Assembly: GCF_038051925.1 (NCBI RefSeq)
Contig: NZ_CP150634.1
Span: 2,518,300 to 2,550,299, forward strand
DNA: 32,000 nt
From: Methylotuvimicrobium sp. KM2
Lineage (GTDB): Bacteria > Pseudomonadota > Gammaproteobacteria > Methylococcales > Methylomonadaceae
Reading direction: 5' to 3'
The notes below the pieces were generated by a model that did no database searches, was not told the origin of the DNA, and saw nothing but the letters and a program-made list of their open reading frames with translations. Shown one piece after another: positions 18,399-26,633 of the stretch; within the stretch, counting starts at the first letter, position 1, and each line of letters starts with the position of its first letter. The position numbers and the translations under genes were made by a program.

Positions 18399-19714
18399 AA
18401 TTCAAGTTCAAGCCCTGGAAACTCACCGGCGATATGAATCGCAAAACCGCCCGACTGAGCCATTTGCTTCCATAACTCGCTTTGTTTGTTGAGCTCGAAA
18501 TAAGCGAAACCCGCATGATAAGGAATCTGCCGTGGTGCGACCGGCAGCGCATGTATCGAAATACCGGGCAAGGCCGAACGAACCAATTGCTGAATCTGTT
18601 CGACCGGACCGATTTTGACTTGCGTCGGAAAACTGCTGCGCAATTGTTCCTTAGACACTTGCGCATTGGCGGCCAGCACGAATACCGCATCCTTGAGCAA
18701 ATTCGGATCCGGCACCTTCGCGCCGCGAATGCCGTACTTCGGTGCTGTCAACGGAATCGGAATCGCGTTTTGCTCCAATACCGCGCTCAATAATTGCCGC
18801 AACTCCTCCATGACATGCATGAAGGTCGTTTGTAAATCGTCGTGCTTATAAACCGGAAAACTCACCGGCCTTTTATTAGGCCTGCAAAATGTCGATAACT
18901 CGCCGGCCAATTGCACCGCAATTCGGTAAAAACTTTCCGGATGCAATGCGGGAATGGATTGCAAATGTTCGAATAGCGGCTCGACACGATTGACCATTTG
19001 CAATAGCATGTAATCGGAAATTTCGGCAACTCCGCCCCTGCCTGCTTCGGAAGCCCGTCCGCCGAGAGCTTCTCCGCGCGTATGCAATAAGCCGAATAAT
19101 TCTTTAATAAACCCGCTCAAGGTAGGCATAGCGTTGCAATCGAGCGAAGGCGGAATAAAACCCTGATCGAGAATCACGTTTTTATCGGCCCTCGATTCGA
19201 TGACTCTTGCCACCCCGATACAAACATGACCGGAAAGCTCTTGTCGCTCCAATAACAGTCTAGTATGAAGTTTGCCGACCAAGATAGCAGAGGTCGCATT
19301 CGATCCGGTATTATGGTCCCGAACTTCGCTTTCGAAGGCATGATAGCGTGCCAAATTGTGGCGGTTCTCGTCGGTATCGATTTCAATCGTACCCGGTTGG
19401 CGGACCGGCAACGATAGATAAACGATATTATTCTGCACGTCGCTTGGAATATCGACCGGCAAAGGCAAATCGTCGTCTTCGGGTAAATTAAACGGCGTTC
19501 CGTCCGGAAAGATCCCGCTACATTCGGCCAATGCAAATTTGCCCATGGCCAGCTGTCGCTGGTCTATAGCAATCTTTTTGACTCCCCAATCATAAGGCGT
19601 AAGGTTGCCGCACCGTTCCTTGACGAGAGTTTCGATATACCGGTCGTGTTGCTGAAAATGTTGGGGCCGCAAAAACATGCCTTCCGACCAAACCGTCCTG
19701 TTATTTTCCGCCAT
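18377..19714 (-). CDS. tssK: T6SS baseplate subunit TssK
   Basis: 445 aa. N-terminus VWSEGMFLRPQHFQQHDRY is the TssK signature. Overlaps the tssL start by 22 nt. Confidence 0.9.
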   Translation of the reverse strand: MAENNRTVWSEGMFLRPQHFQQHDRYIETLVKERCGNLTPYDWGVKKIAIDQRQLAMGKFALAECSGIFPDGTPFNLPEDDDLPLPVDIPSDVQNNIVYLSLPVRQPGTIEIDTDENRHNLARYHAFESEVRDHNTGSNATSAILVGKLHTRLLLERQELSGHVCIGVARVIESRADKNVILDQGFIPPSLDCNAMPTLSGFIKELFGLLHTRGEALGGRASEAGRGGVAEISDYMLLQMVNRVEPLFEHLQSIPALHPESFYRIAVQLAGELSTFCRPNKRPVSFPVYKHDDLQTTFMHVMEELRQLLSAVLEQNAIPIPLTAPKYGIRGAKVPDPNLLKDAVFVLAANAQVSKEQLRSSFPTQVKIGPVEQIQQLVRSALPGISIHALPVAPRQIPYHAGFAYFELNKQSELWKQMAQSGGFAIHIAGEFPGLELEFWAIKNG

Positions 19715-19797
19715 TATTCTTGTAACCTTTTACCCTGTGATATGAATTTTCAAGCTAACGTTGGTTTCATAGCTCGATCATTGTTTTTGCAGTTTTT

Positions 19798-20035
19798 CAA
19801 GCTCGGCTCTCATCGTTATACATAAGTCGAAAACTCCCTTTTTGCAATCTTAGCCAATGAGACCTCGATACCATTTTTTGTCACCCGACTTTCCCTCACC
19901 TAGCGTTAGGTGAGGGAAAGCCACTGATGTTCAATATCCCAAGATTTATCAAACAGCACCGTTTCCAGGTATACGATGACCTCTGCTTAGAAAGTTTACC
20001 GATACTTGTGTATAACGGCGAGAGCTCGGCTTGGG
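19798..20035. repeat. ~240-nt nested palindromic element between tagH and tssK (the expected tssJ slot)
   Basis: The outer imperfect inverted repeat is caagctcggctctcatcgttatacataagtcgaaaact (19798-19835) versus agtttaccgatacttgtgtataacggcgagagctcggcttg (about 19992-20032). At the centre is a perfect 14-bp-stem hairpin, ctttccctcaccta-gcgt-taggtgagggaaag (19889-19920). Confidence 0.7.
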
Positions 20036-20099
20036 AAGGAGCGAATTAGTCGATCTTTATTCAACTACATTGAGAACGGCTTTCTCAAACCTCCAATCA

Positions 20100-21569
20100 T
20101 CATAGTCCAAATTTTTCTTTTTTGTTCCGCGCTGCAGTTAGGGCTTTCATTTGTTCTTCATAAGCCTCTACGAAGGCATCGCCGAAAAAATTCTCGACGG
20201 CTTCTTCGGACTCAATGCGATAAGTGTCCTGATAACTGTCCCAACACTTGGCTTTTTTTTGTAACACGATGCCTTGCTCGAATTGTTTTTCGATCGTTTT
20301 AGGGTCGAATCGTTTCAACAAGTCGGCCAATGAGGCTTGAATCCCTGCTTGCATCGCGAGCTGATGATTCATGATGTCATTGAAGCCTTGCTCGATCGAT
20401 TCGACCGATTCGAGAAAACCACCCTCTTTGTTTTGAATCAATTGCTTCAAAACATCATTGGTCGACACGGCGAACTTCAACGGGTTATTGTCGACCGCTC
20501 TTATTACGGTCACATTGACGCGAAACAAACTCTTGAATTCGGCTCGGCTTCGTAAAACCGAAACAGTACCGGCAACTAATTGTCGGAACATTCTGCCAAT
20601 TCTTTGCATCGCCTCCAATTGATTTTTAGTTGCGCATTCATTTTGATCAAGGCCTGCACCATGCAAAAAAGCATCGAATAGACCGTTGTCGGAAATACTT
20701 TGCACGGGTTGTGCTTGCGGCGTTTCAGGGGAAGAACCGGACGGGTCGGCTAGAATGCTGTTTAAATTTGAAGCTTGCGGACTATCAGGGATGGCGACCG
20801 GCGGTGAAACTGGTTCTGAAGCCGATTCATCAGGCTCGACTAGGGGCGATTTAGGCGCGAAGCTCTCGTTAAGCAAATCCATGCTTGCCGCCCTCGAATC
20901 ATCCTCTATCTGTCTGTCGCCGGAGGGTGTATCGGAGTCGGCGAAAAGATCCTCGAAACTCAAGTTTTCAGGAATTTCCTCAAAAGGTTTCGGTGCTGCT
21001 TCTACCTGAGGAGCGATAAAGCTGTCGAAAAGCGGTGAAGCATGATCTTGTAAGTGGCTTTCAAATTCGGGCGTTTCGTTTTCTTTAGCGTCGATCAATT
21101 CTTCATGGCGTGGAAAGGGTGAACTGCTATCGCCCATCAGTCGATTGGCTTCCGTATCGACCGGCGTTGAAAACAACTCTTCGGGCTCTGTCGATTTTGA
21201 CGGCGAATCGGCAAAAATATCCGGAAAAGGAAAATCATCCCGGCTAGTGTCTTCAGTGATAATAGCTTCTATTTCATATTCGCCGACTTTTAAAAGGATG
21301 CCGTTATGGAGAGGTATCGAATCGTTATGCAGCGGATTAGCTTCGTTATCGATAAATACGCCAGCCAGACTTGAATCGGTCAGATAATATGTATTGTTTT
21401 CGTACTTGATCGATGCATGATGCCGCGATACAAATTTATCAGGATCAGGTAAAACCAGCGTATTATCATCGGAACGTCCTATCGTGCCTTCATCGTTTGG
21501 AAAGGCCACTAGTTTAGGTTCGGATAAAGGCTTGCCTTTGTACGTTGTGATCTTAAGAGATAAAGCCAT
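20100..21569 (-). CDS. tagH: T6SS-associated FHA-domain protein TagH (Fha)
   Basis: 489 aa. N-terminal FHA domain (GTIGRSDDNTLVLPDPDKFVSRHHASIKYENNTYYLTD). Acidic, Pro/Ser-rich low-complexity middle. Conserved TagH C-terminal domain (LFDAFLHGAGLD...). First gene of the cluster. Confidence 0.9.
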   Translation of the reverse strand: MALSLKITTYKGKPLSEPKLVAFPNDEGTIGRSDDNTLVLPDPDKFVSRHHASIKYENNTYYLTDSSLAGVFIDNEANPLHNDSIPLHNGILLKVGEYEIEAIITEDTSRDDFPFPDIFADSPSKSTEPEELFSTPVDTEANRLMGDSSSPFPRHEELIDAKENETPEFESHLQDHASPLFDSFIAPQVEAAPKPFEEIPENLSFEDLFADSDTPSGDRQIEDDSRAASMDLLNESFAPKSPLVEPDESASEPVSPPVAIPDSPQASNLNSILADPSGSSPETPQAQPVQSISDNGLFDAFLHGAGLDQNECATKNQLEAMQRIGRMFRQLVAGTVSVLRSRAEFKSLFRVNVTVIRAVDNNPLKFAVSTNDVLKQLIQNKEGGFLESVESIEQGFNDIMNHQLAMQAGIQASLADLLKRFDPKTIEKQFEQGIVLQKKAKCWDSYQDTYRIESEEAVENFFGDAFVEAYEEQMKALTAARNKKEKFGL

Positions 21570-21742
21570 TTCAACTACTCGATGAGAAATACAAAATCGT
21601 TATTTTCAAGCCAAATTTAAACAGGAAAATTTAGTTCTACTCACTTCTTGATAAAGATACGTTCGATCTGATTTTAATAAATTCTAGTCTCTGTTCGATG
21701 GTTCTTCAAATACGCATTAACTTCGGATTTACCGAATTTTAT

Positions 21743-21917
21743 ATAACTTATTGAAAGTAATTATTCACACCCCCTATCATTCCCACGCTCCGGCGTGGGA
21801 ATGAAGACCGAGACGCTCTAGCGTCTCATACCGCTGGAGCGGTACTCAGGCGTTCCCACGCAGAGCGTGGGAACGATAATTGACGGGGGACTGAATAGTT
21901 ACTATTGAAAAGCTTAT
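21743..21917. repeat. REP-like cluster: four consecutive hairpins inside an outer inverted repeat
   Basis: Hairpins: cattcccacgc-tccg-gcgtgggaatg (21778-21803); gagacgctctagcgtctc (21810-27, perfect palindrome); taccgc-tgga-gcggta (21829-44); cgttcccacgc-aga-gcgtgggaacg (21851-75). The outer arms ataacttattgaaagtaattattca and tgaatagttactattgaaaagcttat are imperfectly complementary. Confidence 0.8.
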
Positions 21918-22111
21918 AAACGAATCCTAAAAGTTGTCTTGAACCGTTGGGAATAATTCTTTGTACTAGCTTTAGCTCGTAATATAATCTTTTCAGAAGT
22001 ACGCTGGATACTTTGCCTGATGTCGGGATTCTATTGAAGCTTGACTCGACTTGGCAAAATGCAAAGCCTTAGGCATACTTTACCAATCAATCGAGTAGCG
22101 AGGAACAAATA

Positions 22112-22831
22112 ATGGACGAAAAGAAACCGGTCAGTGCCTTTATCGTAGGACTTTTTTTATTTTTAGGACTGTTCTCGCTAGGTTACTTACTGAGTCATGC
22201 CGCGATTAAATTCAAAGAATATGAACGTAGCGTCACTGTTAAAGGATTGTCGGAACGAGAATTTTCTGCTGATATCGTGATATGGCCGATCCAATTTACG
22301 GTTGCGGATAACGAGCTTAGCTTACTTTACGAGGCTCTTGAAAAAAACACGGAAACGATCAAAGCTTTTCTGAAAAAATCCGGTGTTGCCGAAGGTGAAG
22401 TCTCTGTCTCAACTCCCTCCATCACCGATAAGTCCGCGCAAAGTTATCAAAATAGCGGAAATGTCGAATTTAGATACAGCGCAATACAAACCGTCACAGT
22501 TTACTCCGCAAATGTGGATCAAGTTCGTTCCGCTATGAACGGCTTATTGGCATTGGGTAAAAAAGGCATTGTCTTTACGGCGCAGGATTACCAAAATCGA
22601 ACTGAATTCTTATTTACGCAACTCAATCAAATAAAACCTGAGATGATTGAAGAGGCGACTACCAAAGCCCGTGAAGTCGCAGAAAAATTTGCCGAAGACT
22701 CCAGCAGCAAACTCGGCAAGATTAAACGAGCGTCACAAGGACAATTTTCTATCGAACCTCGCGATACGAACAATCCGCATATAAAAAAAATACGAGTCGT
22801 TTCAACGATTGAATATTATTTATCGGACTAA
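22112..22831 (+). CDS. SIMPL (DUF541) domain-containing membrane-anchored protein
   Basis: 239 aa. N-terminal TM/signal anchor, then AIKFKEYERSVTVKGLSEREFSADIVIWPI ... KIKRASQGQFSI ... IKKIRVVSTIEYYLSD. I recognise this as the SIMPL/DUF541 family pattern from memory only. Confidence 0.65.
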   Translation: MDEKKPVSAFIVGLFLFLGLFSLGYLLSHAAIKFKEYERSVTVKGLSEREFSADIVIWPIQFTVADNELSLLYEALEKNTETIKAFLKKSGVAEGEVSVSTPSITDKSAQSYQNSGNVEFRYSAIQTVTVYSANVDQVRSAMNGLLALGKKGIVFTAQDYQNRTEFLFTQLNQIKPEMIEEATTKAREVAEKFAEDSSSKLGKIKRASQGQFSIEPRDTNNPHIKKIRVVSTIEYYLSD

Positions 22832-22881
22832 TTTTTTTTGCTTTATGCCTTCGCGCGATGATCAATAAATGACTCCTAACA

Positions 22882-23016
22882 ATACCCTTCGTAGATCAAA
22901 ATTCGGCACAGGGGGCCCGCCAAAGGACGCCGTGAATACGTCCATGTAGGCTCTTTGCCAGCCCCCCCCCCTGTGCCTCCTTAGGCACTGCCGAAATTTG
23001 AAGTGCGAAAGGTATA
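22882..23016. repeat. Family-2 long palindromic element (shortest, reference copy)
   Basis: atacccttcgtagatcaaaattcggcacagggggcccgccaaaggacgccgtgaatacgtccatgtaggctctttgccagcc(C10)tgtgcctccttaggcactgccgaaatttgaagtgcgaaaggtata. By hand pairing, about 19 of 23 positions of the terminal arms pair, counting one G-U. Confidence 0.85.
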
Positions 23017-23143
23017 ATCAAAGCCAGATGGATGCGTATTAAGGCATTTTCTAGCGTGTCGCGCCGAAGTTCGACTCAAAAAGGGTATGACCTTTCATCA
23101 TCGCCATAATATGGCGTCATCATCACTCACGGTAAATACAGGA

Positions 23144-23857
23144 ATGTTAAAAAAATATTATTTAGGTTTATCTAGTTTATTATTAGTATTCTGTTTCTTT
23201 CATGGCAATGATCTGATTGCCGGCCCTAAGGAAGATTTTCAAACTTGGGGCACTGTTACGGCTATTGGAAGCCTAGATGCAATCGATCCCGATCTTTCAA
23301 AGTACCGATATTGGCTGGAGGGCCAGGGTCGATTCGGCAACGACACGTCGCAAGTTTCGCAAGGCATGCTGCGAACCGGTTTAGGCTACGCCCTCAGTGA
23401 AACACTGACTATGTGGCTTGGTTATGCGTTTATACCGACAGAAGAGCCCTTTGTAAGTGATCCCTTCGATGAACATCGTATTTGGCAGCAACTGTTATGG
23501 AACCAACCGTTTTCTTTCGGAACATTCAGCAGTCGTAGTCGCTTAGAGCAACGGTTCATGCAAATCGGTAACGATGTCGGTTGGCGTTATCGTCAATTGT
23601 TTAAAATATCACTGCCTTTGGCTTTTGCACCAAACTTTAGCTTGGTCGGGACTAACGAAGTTTTTATCGACATTAATAAAACTGATTGGAAATCTGTGAA
23701 CGGTTTCGATCAAAACCGAGCCTTCGCCGGCATTGGGTATAATTTTGATGAGCACATCAGAACCGAAATCGGCTATATGAATCAATATATCTATAAAGCC
23801 ACTGCTCAAGATTTTATGAGTCACATCATTTCAATCAATTGGTATCTTAATTTCTAG
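23144..23857 (+). CDS. DUF2490-like outer-membrane beta-barrel protein
   Basis: The track ORF starts at 23087. The ATG at 23144 gives a plausible signal peptide (MLKKYYLGLSSLLLVFCFFHG). Alternating beta-strand pattern with aromatic ends (GLGYAL...WLGYAF, RIWQQL, RSRLEQRF, WRYRQLFKISLPL, FAGIGYNF, EIGYMNQY), ending in an aromatic residue (F). Confidence 0.6.
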   Translation: MLKKYYLGLSSLLLVFCFFHGNDLIAGPKEDFQTWGTVTAIGSLDAIDPDLSKYRYWLEGQGRFGNDTSQVSQGMLRTGLGYALSETLTMWLGYAFIPTEEPFVSDPFDEHRIWQQLLWNQPFSFGTFSSRSRLEQRFMQIGNDVGWRYRQLFKISLPLAFAPNFSLVGTNEVFIDINKTDWKSVNGFDQNRAFAGIGYNFDEHIRTEIGYMNQYIYKATAQDFMSHIISINWYLNF

Positions 23858-23941
23858 CTTGATACCGATATTAACGTATATATGAGGAGTTGGTGGTGCT
23901 GGATTTCTCGACGAACCTACTTCTCATCCTCTAAGGATCTC

Positions 23942-24128
23942 GTAACAAATAGCTTCCTTTAGCTATGTGCTTTGTAGCGGGTTCGGCAACTCGCTTGACA
24001 GGACGCCGTGAATACATTCCGTGTAGGCTTGACGGCGGCTTTCCCTGCCGCCGACACCTGTCAATCGAGCTACCGAACCTGCCTGCCCTATATTAAAAAT
24101 AGGGAAGTTATTTATAACCGAATCCTAA
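23942..24128. repeat. Family-1 nested palindromic element, intergenic copy
   Basis: The inner inverted repeats are ggttcggcaactcgcttgacagg (23980-24002) and cctgtcaatcgagctaccgaacc (ends at 24079). The outer arms acaaatagcttcctttag and tagggaagttatttat are imperfectly complementary. The core ggacgccgtgaatacattccgtgtaggct (24001-24029) is shared with family 2. Confidence 0.8.
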
Positions 24129-24172
24129 ATATGGGGAAGAATGCTCAAAATGGGTGGATTAACCAACTGGTA

Positions 24173-25501
24173 TCAATCGAAAAAAGTCAGTAGATTAGTA
24201 AAAATAGTGTTTTCTTGAGATGCCTGAGGAATTTCGACCATTTTACCGGGCTCCATAATTAGCGCAGTAATCGAAAATTCCGAAAGCAAGCGTTTTTTTA
24301 CCGAAACCGCATCTTGAGAGTTAGAGAAAGGCCCTGCAATCACCCTTGTAGCAAAGGCATGTGCCGGAATTGGAGGACCTTGATGATTCAGCATGGCCGC
24401 GAATTGTCGAGCCTCTTTCTCGTTTGGTAATGTTGCTACGCTCAGTTTCCATGCATCGACATCGATTTCTTTGGGAATCGGCCGTTTAAACTTGATCGAA
24501 GGACGCGATATGGTCAAATAAAAATCATCTATATGGCCTTTTAAAATAGGTGTTAAAACGCCATCGGAGCGCTCGATTGCCGCGTGAACTTTATCCCAAT
24601 CGATCGATCGACCGGATTCATGTTCAATTTTTTGCAAACGCGCCATCAAATCCTGAACAAGTCGATTGACTTGTTTCGGATCTTTATGGGTAGGCGGATA
24701 AGCTTGCAAAAAAAGCGTATCGCCATCCCATGCTGTTAAAAAAGGTTGATTGACAATCCTAACCTGTGAGCCGACAGCGACATGCCGAAATAGCTTTGCA
24801 ATGTCTTCAGGATAAAGCCGTACACAGCCATGACTGACTTCCATGCCGACGCCATAGGGTTTATTGGTGCCATGGATCAGATAACCGGGAAAACCTAAGC
24901 GTAAAGCATAGTCCCCAAGCGGATTGTTCGGGCCGGCGGGGACGACTCTAGGCAAAGGATCGCCTTTTTTAGCATGCTCGCGCCTGATCGACTCGGGAAC
25001 AGTCCAACTAGGTTTCGCAGTTTTCGCAGTAATTCGGGTCAAGCCTTGCGGCGTTTCCCATCCTTCCCGGCCTATACCAACCGGATAAGTAAATACTTTA
25101 TTAGCGTTTTTTTGGTCGTATAAAAAAAGCCGCTTAGCCGCTAAATTCAACACAACGCCTTTTCGAGGCGCTTCGGGGATAATGAATCGCAATGGCAAAC
25201 GAACTGTACTGCCCGGCTCCGGTAACCATGGGTCTAAGTTAGAATTGGCTCGGGTTATTTCGTCATAACCCAAACCGAAATGCCGACCGATTACCAACAA
25301 CGAGTCTTTTTCATCGGTTTCTATTTGCGCAGCAACACCAATAATTGATTGGCTATCGAATAAAGGAAATTCCCTAATCGGTGAAAATTCGACTGAGGAT
25401 ACAGTATCCGGTCCACGCAAAAGCTGACAAGAACACAATAAATAGAACGACATGCCTATAAAAAGGCGCTTGAATACATTAATGTTTATCGTCATATACA
25501 T
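24173..25501 (-). CDS. L,D-transpeptidase (YkuD catalytic domain) with LysM-like N-region and C-terminal SPOR-like domain
   Basis: 442 aa. YkuD active-site motif YLIHGTNKPYGVGMEVSHGCVRLYPEDI. LysM-like LLVIGRHFGLGYDEITRANSNLDPWLPEPGSTVRLP. C-terminal WKLSVATLPNEKEARQFAAML...IAGPFSNSQDAVSVKKRL resembles SPOR. N-terminal signal or lipoprotein-like sequence. Confidence 0.85.
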   Translation of the reverse strand: MYMTININVFKRLFIGMSFYLLCSCQLLRGPDTVSSVEFSPIREFPLFDSQSIIGVAAQIETDEKDSLLVIGRHFGLGYDEITRANSNLDPWLPEPGSTVRLPLRFIIPEAPRKGVVLNLAAKRLFLYDQKNANKVFTYPVGIGREGWETPQGLTRITAKTAKPSWTVPESIRREHAKKGDPLPRVVPAGPNNPLGDYALRLGFPGYLIHGTNKPYGVGMEVSHGCVRLYPEDIAKLFRHVAVGSQVRIVNQPFLTAWDGDTLFLQAYPPTHKDPKQVNRLVQDLMARLQKIEHESGRSIDWDKVHAAIERSDGVLTPILKGHIDDFYLTISRPSIKFKRPIPKEIDVDAWKLSVATLPNEKEARQFAAMLNHQGPPIPAHAFATRVIAGPFSNSQDAVSVKKRLLSEFSITALIMEPGKMVEIPQASQENTIFTNLLTFFD

Positions 25502-25516
25502 TTAGAAGCGGATGAA

Positions 25517-26365
25517 TCACCCTCTTTTTTGTAACTCGGCCACCGAAATACCGCTCATCCATTCTTTGATTCGATTAGAATCGCCAACCGGCGTCAATTG
25601 CCCCCATGAATTGAGTAATACAACGATCGTTGGTCTGTTATTTATCCAGGTTTGCATGACGAGGCACTTGCCGGACTCATTGATAAAACCGGTTTTCGAT
25701 AGACCGATTTTCCAATTAGGATTTTTAGTCAGAATGTTGGTATTGTTATATTTAAGCATTTGCTTACCGACTTTTTGAGTATGACTTTCTGTAGTCGTCA
25801 TCGTTCTAATCAATGGGTATTTAGTCGCGTAGGCGACAAGCTTGGCTAAATCCCTCGCTGTTGACTTATTCTCTGTATACAAACCGGTAGGATCGCGAAA
25901 ACGAGTATTTTTTAATCCGAGAGCCCGCGCCTTACGATTCATGGCCTTGACAAAAGCGGGTTTACCGCCGTGATAGGAGCGGGATAAAGCGGAAGCCGCA
26001 CGGTTGTCGGACGACATCAGCGCCAACCTCATCATTTCTCTTAGCGTTAATGTTGTTCCGACAGGTAAACGCGAACGGCTGTGACGCAATGTGTCGATAT
26101 CCTGTTTCGAAATTGTAATGGATTTATTTAAGTTAGGCTTGGAATCAAGCAACACCATTGCCGTCATCAATTTGGTAATGGAAGCGATAGGCATGACATT
26201 TTGCGATTTTTTCTCGTAAAGAATCATTCCCGTTTCTTGATCCATGACAATCGCTGCCGATGATTTTAGGGATAAGTTTTTTCCTGACGCGTTTACGGAA
26301 AATACCGTGAACATTAACGTAACAATGGCGATTACAGCGAAGGAATTTTTAAACATTTTTTTCAT
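25517..26365 (-). CDS. pbpG: D-alanyl-D-alanine endopeptidase, PBP7/PbpG-type (S11 family)
   Basis: 282 aa. Signal peptide. SxxK (ASITKLMTA), SxN (SSDNRAA) and KTG (SKTGF) motifs at the spacing typical of low-molecular-weight PBPs. Confidence 0.85.
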   Translation of the reverse strand: MKKMFKNSFAVIAIVTLMFTVFSVNASGKNLSLKSSAAIVMDQETGMILYEKKSQNVMPIASITKLMTAMVLLDSKPNLNKSITISKQDIDTLRHSRSRLPVGTTLTLREMMRLALMSSDNRAASALSRSYHGGKPAFVKAMNRKARALGLKNTRFRDPTGLYTENKSTARDLAKLVAYATKYPLIRTMTTTESHTQKVGKQMLKYNNTNILTKNPNWKIGLSKTGFINESGKCLVMQTWINNRPTIVVLLNSWGQLTPVGDSNRIKEWMSGISVAELQKRG

Positions 26366-26633
26366 GTGCAGCGATAATTAATCAGGAAAATAAATCGGTA
26401 CGATTCAATTATAGGTATTATTCGTAATGATTAAAGTCAATAAATTAATTTCTTAACTTTACCTTAACTATTACAATAATTTTAGAAGGGCCATTCTAAC
26501 GCTGTATCAAGCTCAGTTAAAGCCCGATTGCTAACGAAACAGATCTTTGCGGCTCTATGATCCTGGCTTATCGCTAGAAGGAATGTTGATTCCTTTACAA
26601 TTGTCCAAGGTAGAAGAAGCTAAAGCGCATTTT

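Noticed and set aside
20006-20302. 98-aa plus-strand ORF at the tagH 3' end, considered as a possible tssJ replacement.
   Set aside because: It is on the wrong strand for the operon and overlaps tagH antisense. It begins inside the right arm of the palindromic element and has no lipobox.
19715-21760. Sigma-54 (TGGCAC-N5-TTGC) promoters upstream of tssK and tagH, which are common for T6SS operons.
   Set aside because: Reading the minus strand of both regions I found only weak partial matches (e.g. gagcttgaaaaactgca and ttggcttgaaaataac) that lack the GG/GC dinucleotides at the correct spacing. They are not supportable without a scoring matrix.
21743-21917. Possibility that the clustered short palindromes here and elsewhere represent a CRISPR array.
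   Set aside because: The repeats are not identical direct repeats at regular spacing. They are inverted repeats forming adjacent hairpins, there are no unique spacers of uniform length, and no cas genes are present.
22962-22971. C10 homopolymer tract as a possible phase-variation switch (a C7T6 tract also occurs at about 31941-31953).
   Set aside because: Both tracts lie in intergenic repeat DNA rather than in a coding region or between recognisable -35/-10 boxes. In the 22882 copy the C-run simply pairs with the G-run (cacaggggg) of the opposite arm.
24008-24193. Plus-strand ORFs 24008-24193 and 27805-28011 encode similar peptides (…FRVGLTAAFPAADTCQSS… and …FRVDLTTAFPVSDTCRSS…), which could look like a small conserved protein family.
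   Set aside because: The similarity is fully explained by both ORFs crossing copies of the same family-1 repeat. One lies antisense inside coaX. There is no SD sequence or other coding signal.
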